A stretch of DNA of 60,123 bases, filler included. It is 4 parts of 4 records of this genome, joined end to end, with 100 filler letters (N's around TTAATTAATTAA, not from the genome) between each part and the next. Parts side by side here need not be neighbours in the genome. Positions count along the whole stretch, not along the records: positions 54,384 to 60,123 come from DRR723986_9348; 3 more parts are not named here. The stretch is one strand, 5' to 3'. The notes beneath the pieces were generated by a model. That model was not told where the DNA came from and ran no database searches. It saw only the letters and a list, made by a program, of their open reading frames with translations. Within the stretch, counting starts at the first letter, position 1, and every line of letters begins with the position of its first letter. Shown here in pieces: positions 60,123 to 60,123 of the stretch. A program made the position numbers and the translations under genes.

Positions 60123-60123
60123 A

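Overview
The window is four unrelated or unjoined contigs concatenated with 100-nt artificial spacers (44 N + TTAATTAATTAA + 44 N) at 12935-13034, 24799-24898 and 54284-54383. Contig 1 (1-12934) and contig 3 (24899-54283) look like one FCB/Bacteroidota-superphylum organism. They carry many type IX secretion (T9SS) C-terminal domains, TAnnTTTG/TTTG promoters and strong Shine-Dalgarno sites, and they share a non-coding repeat family. Contig 2 (13035-24798) is ordinary Roseobacteraceae-like core genome (hemH end, L,D-transpeptidases, CAP protein, RNA methyltransferase, ABC exporter pair, CCA enzyme, Nudix enzymes, hslO, PP2C phosphatase). Contig 4 (54384-60123) is Marinobacter-like gammaproteobacterial DNA (MCP, arfB, BCCT transporter). 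Taxonomic calls are inference from gene content. The most notable signals are: (1) a dispersed ~55-nt element with conserved flanks and a variable, base-pairing centre, present five times and always pointing into the downstream gene; (2) a module seen twice: this element, then a soluble TPR-LuxR regulator, then a shared 28-bp motif, then a giant multi-propeller T9SS cargo protein. Also present are decaying T9SS genes, a CTD-less large surface protein next to a small CTD-bearing protein, paired XAC2610-like paralogs and an NtrC/sigma54-type promoter on the MCP. No rRNA, tRNA, CRISPR array, integrase or transposase was seen.
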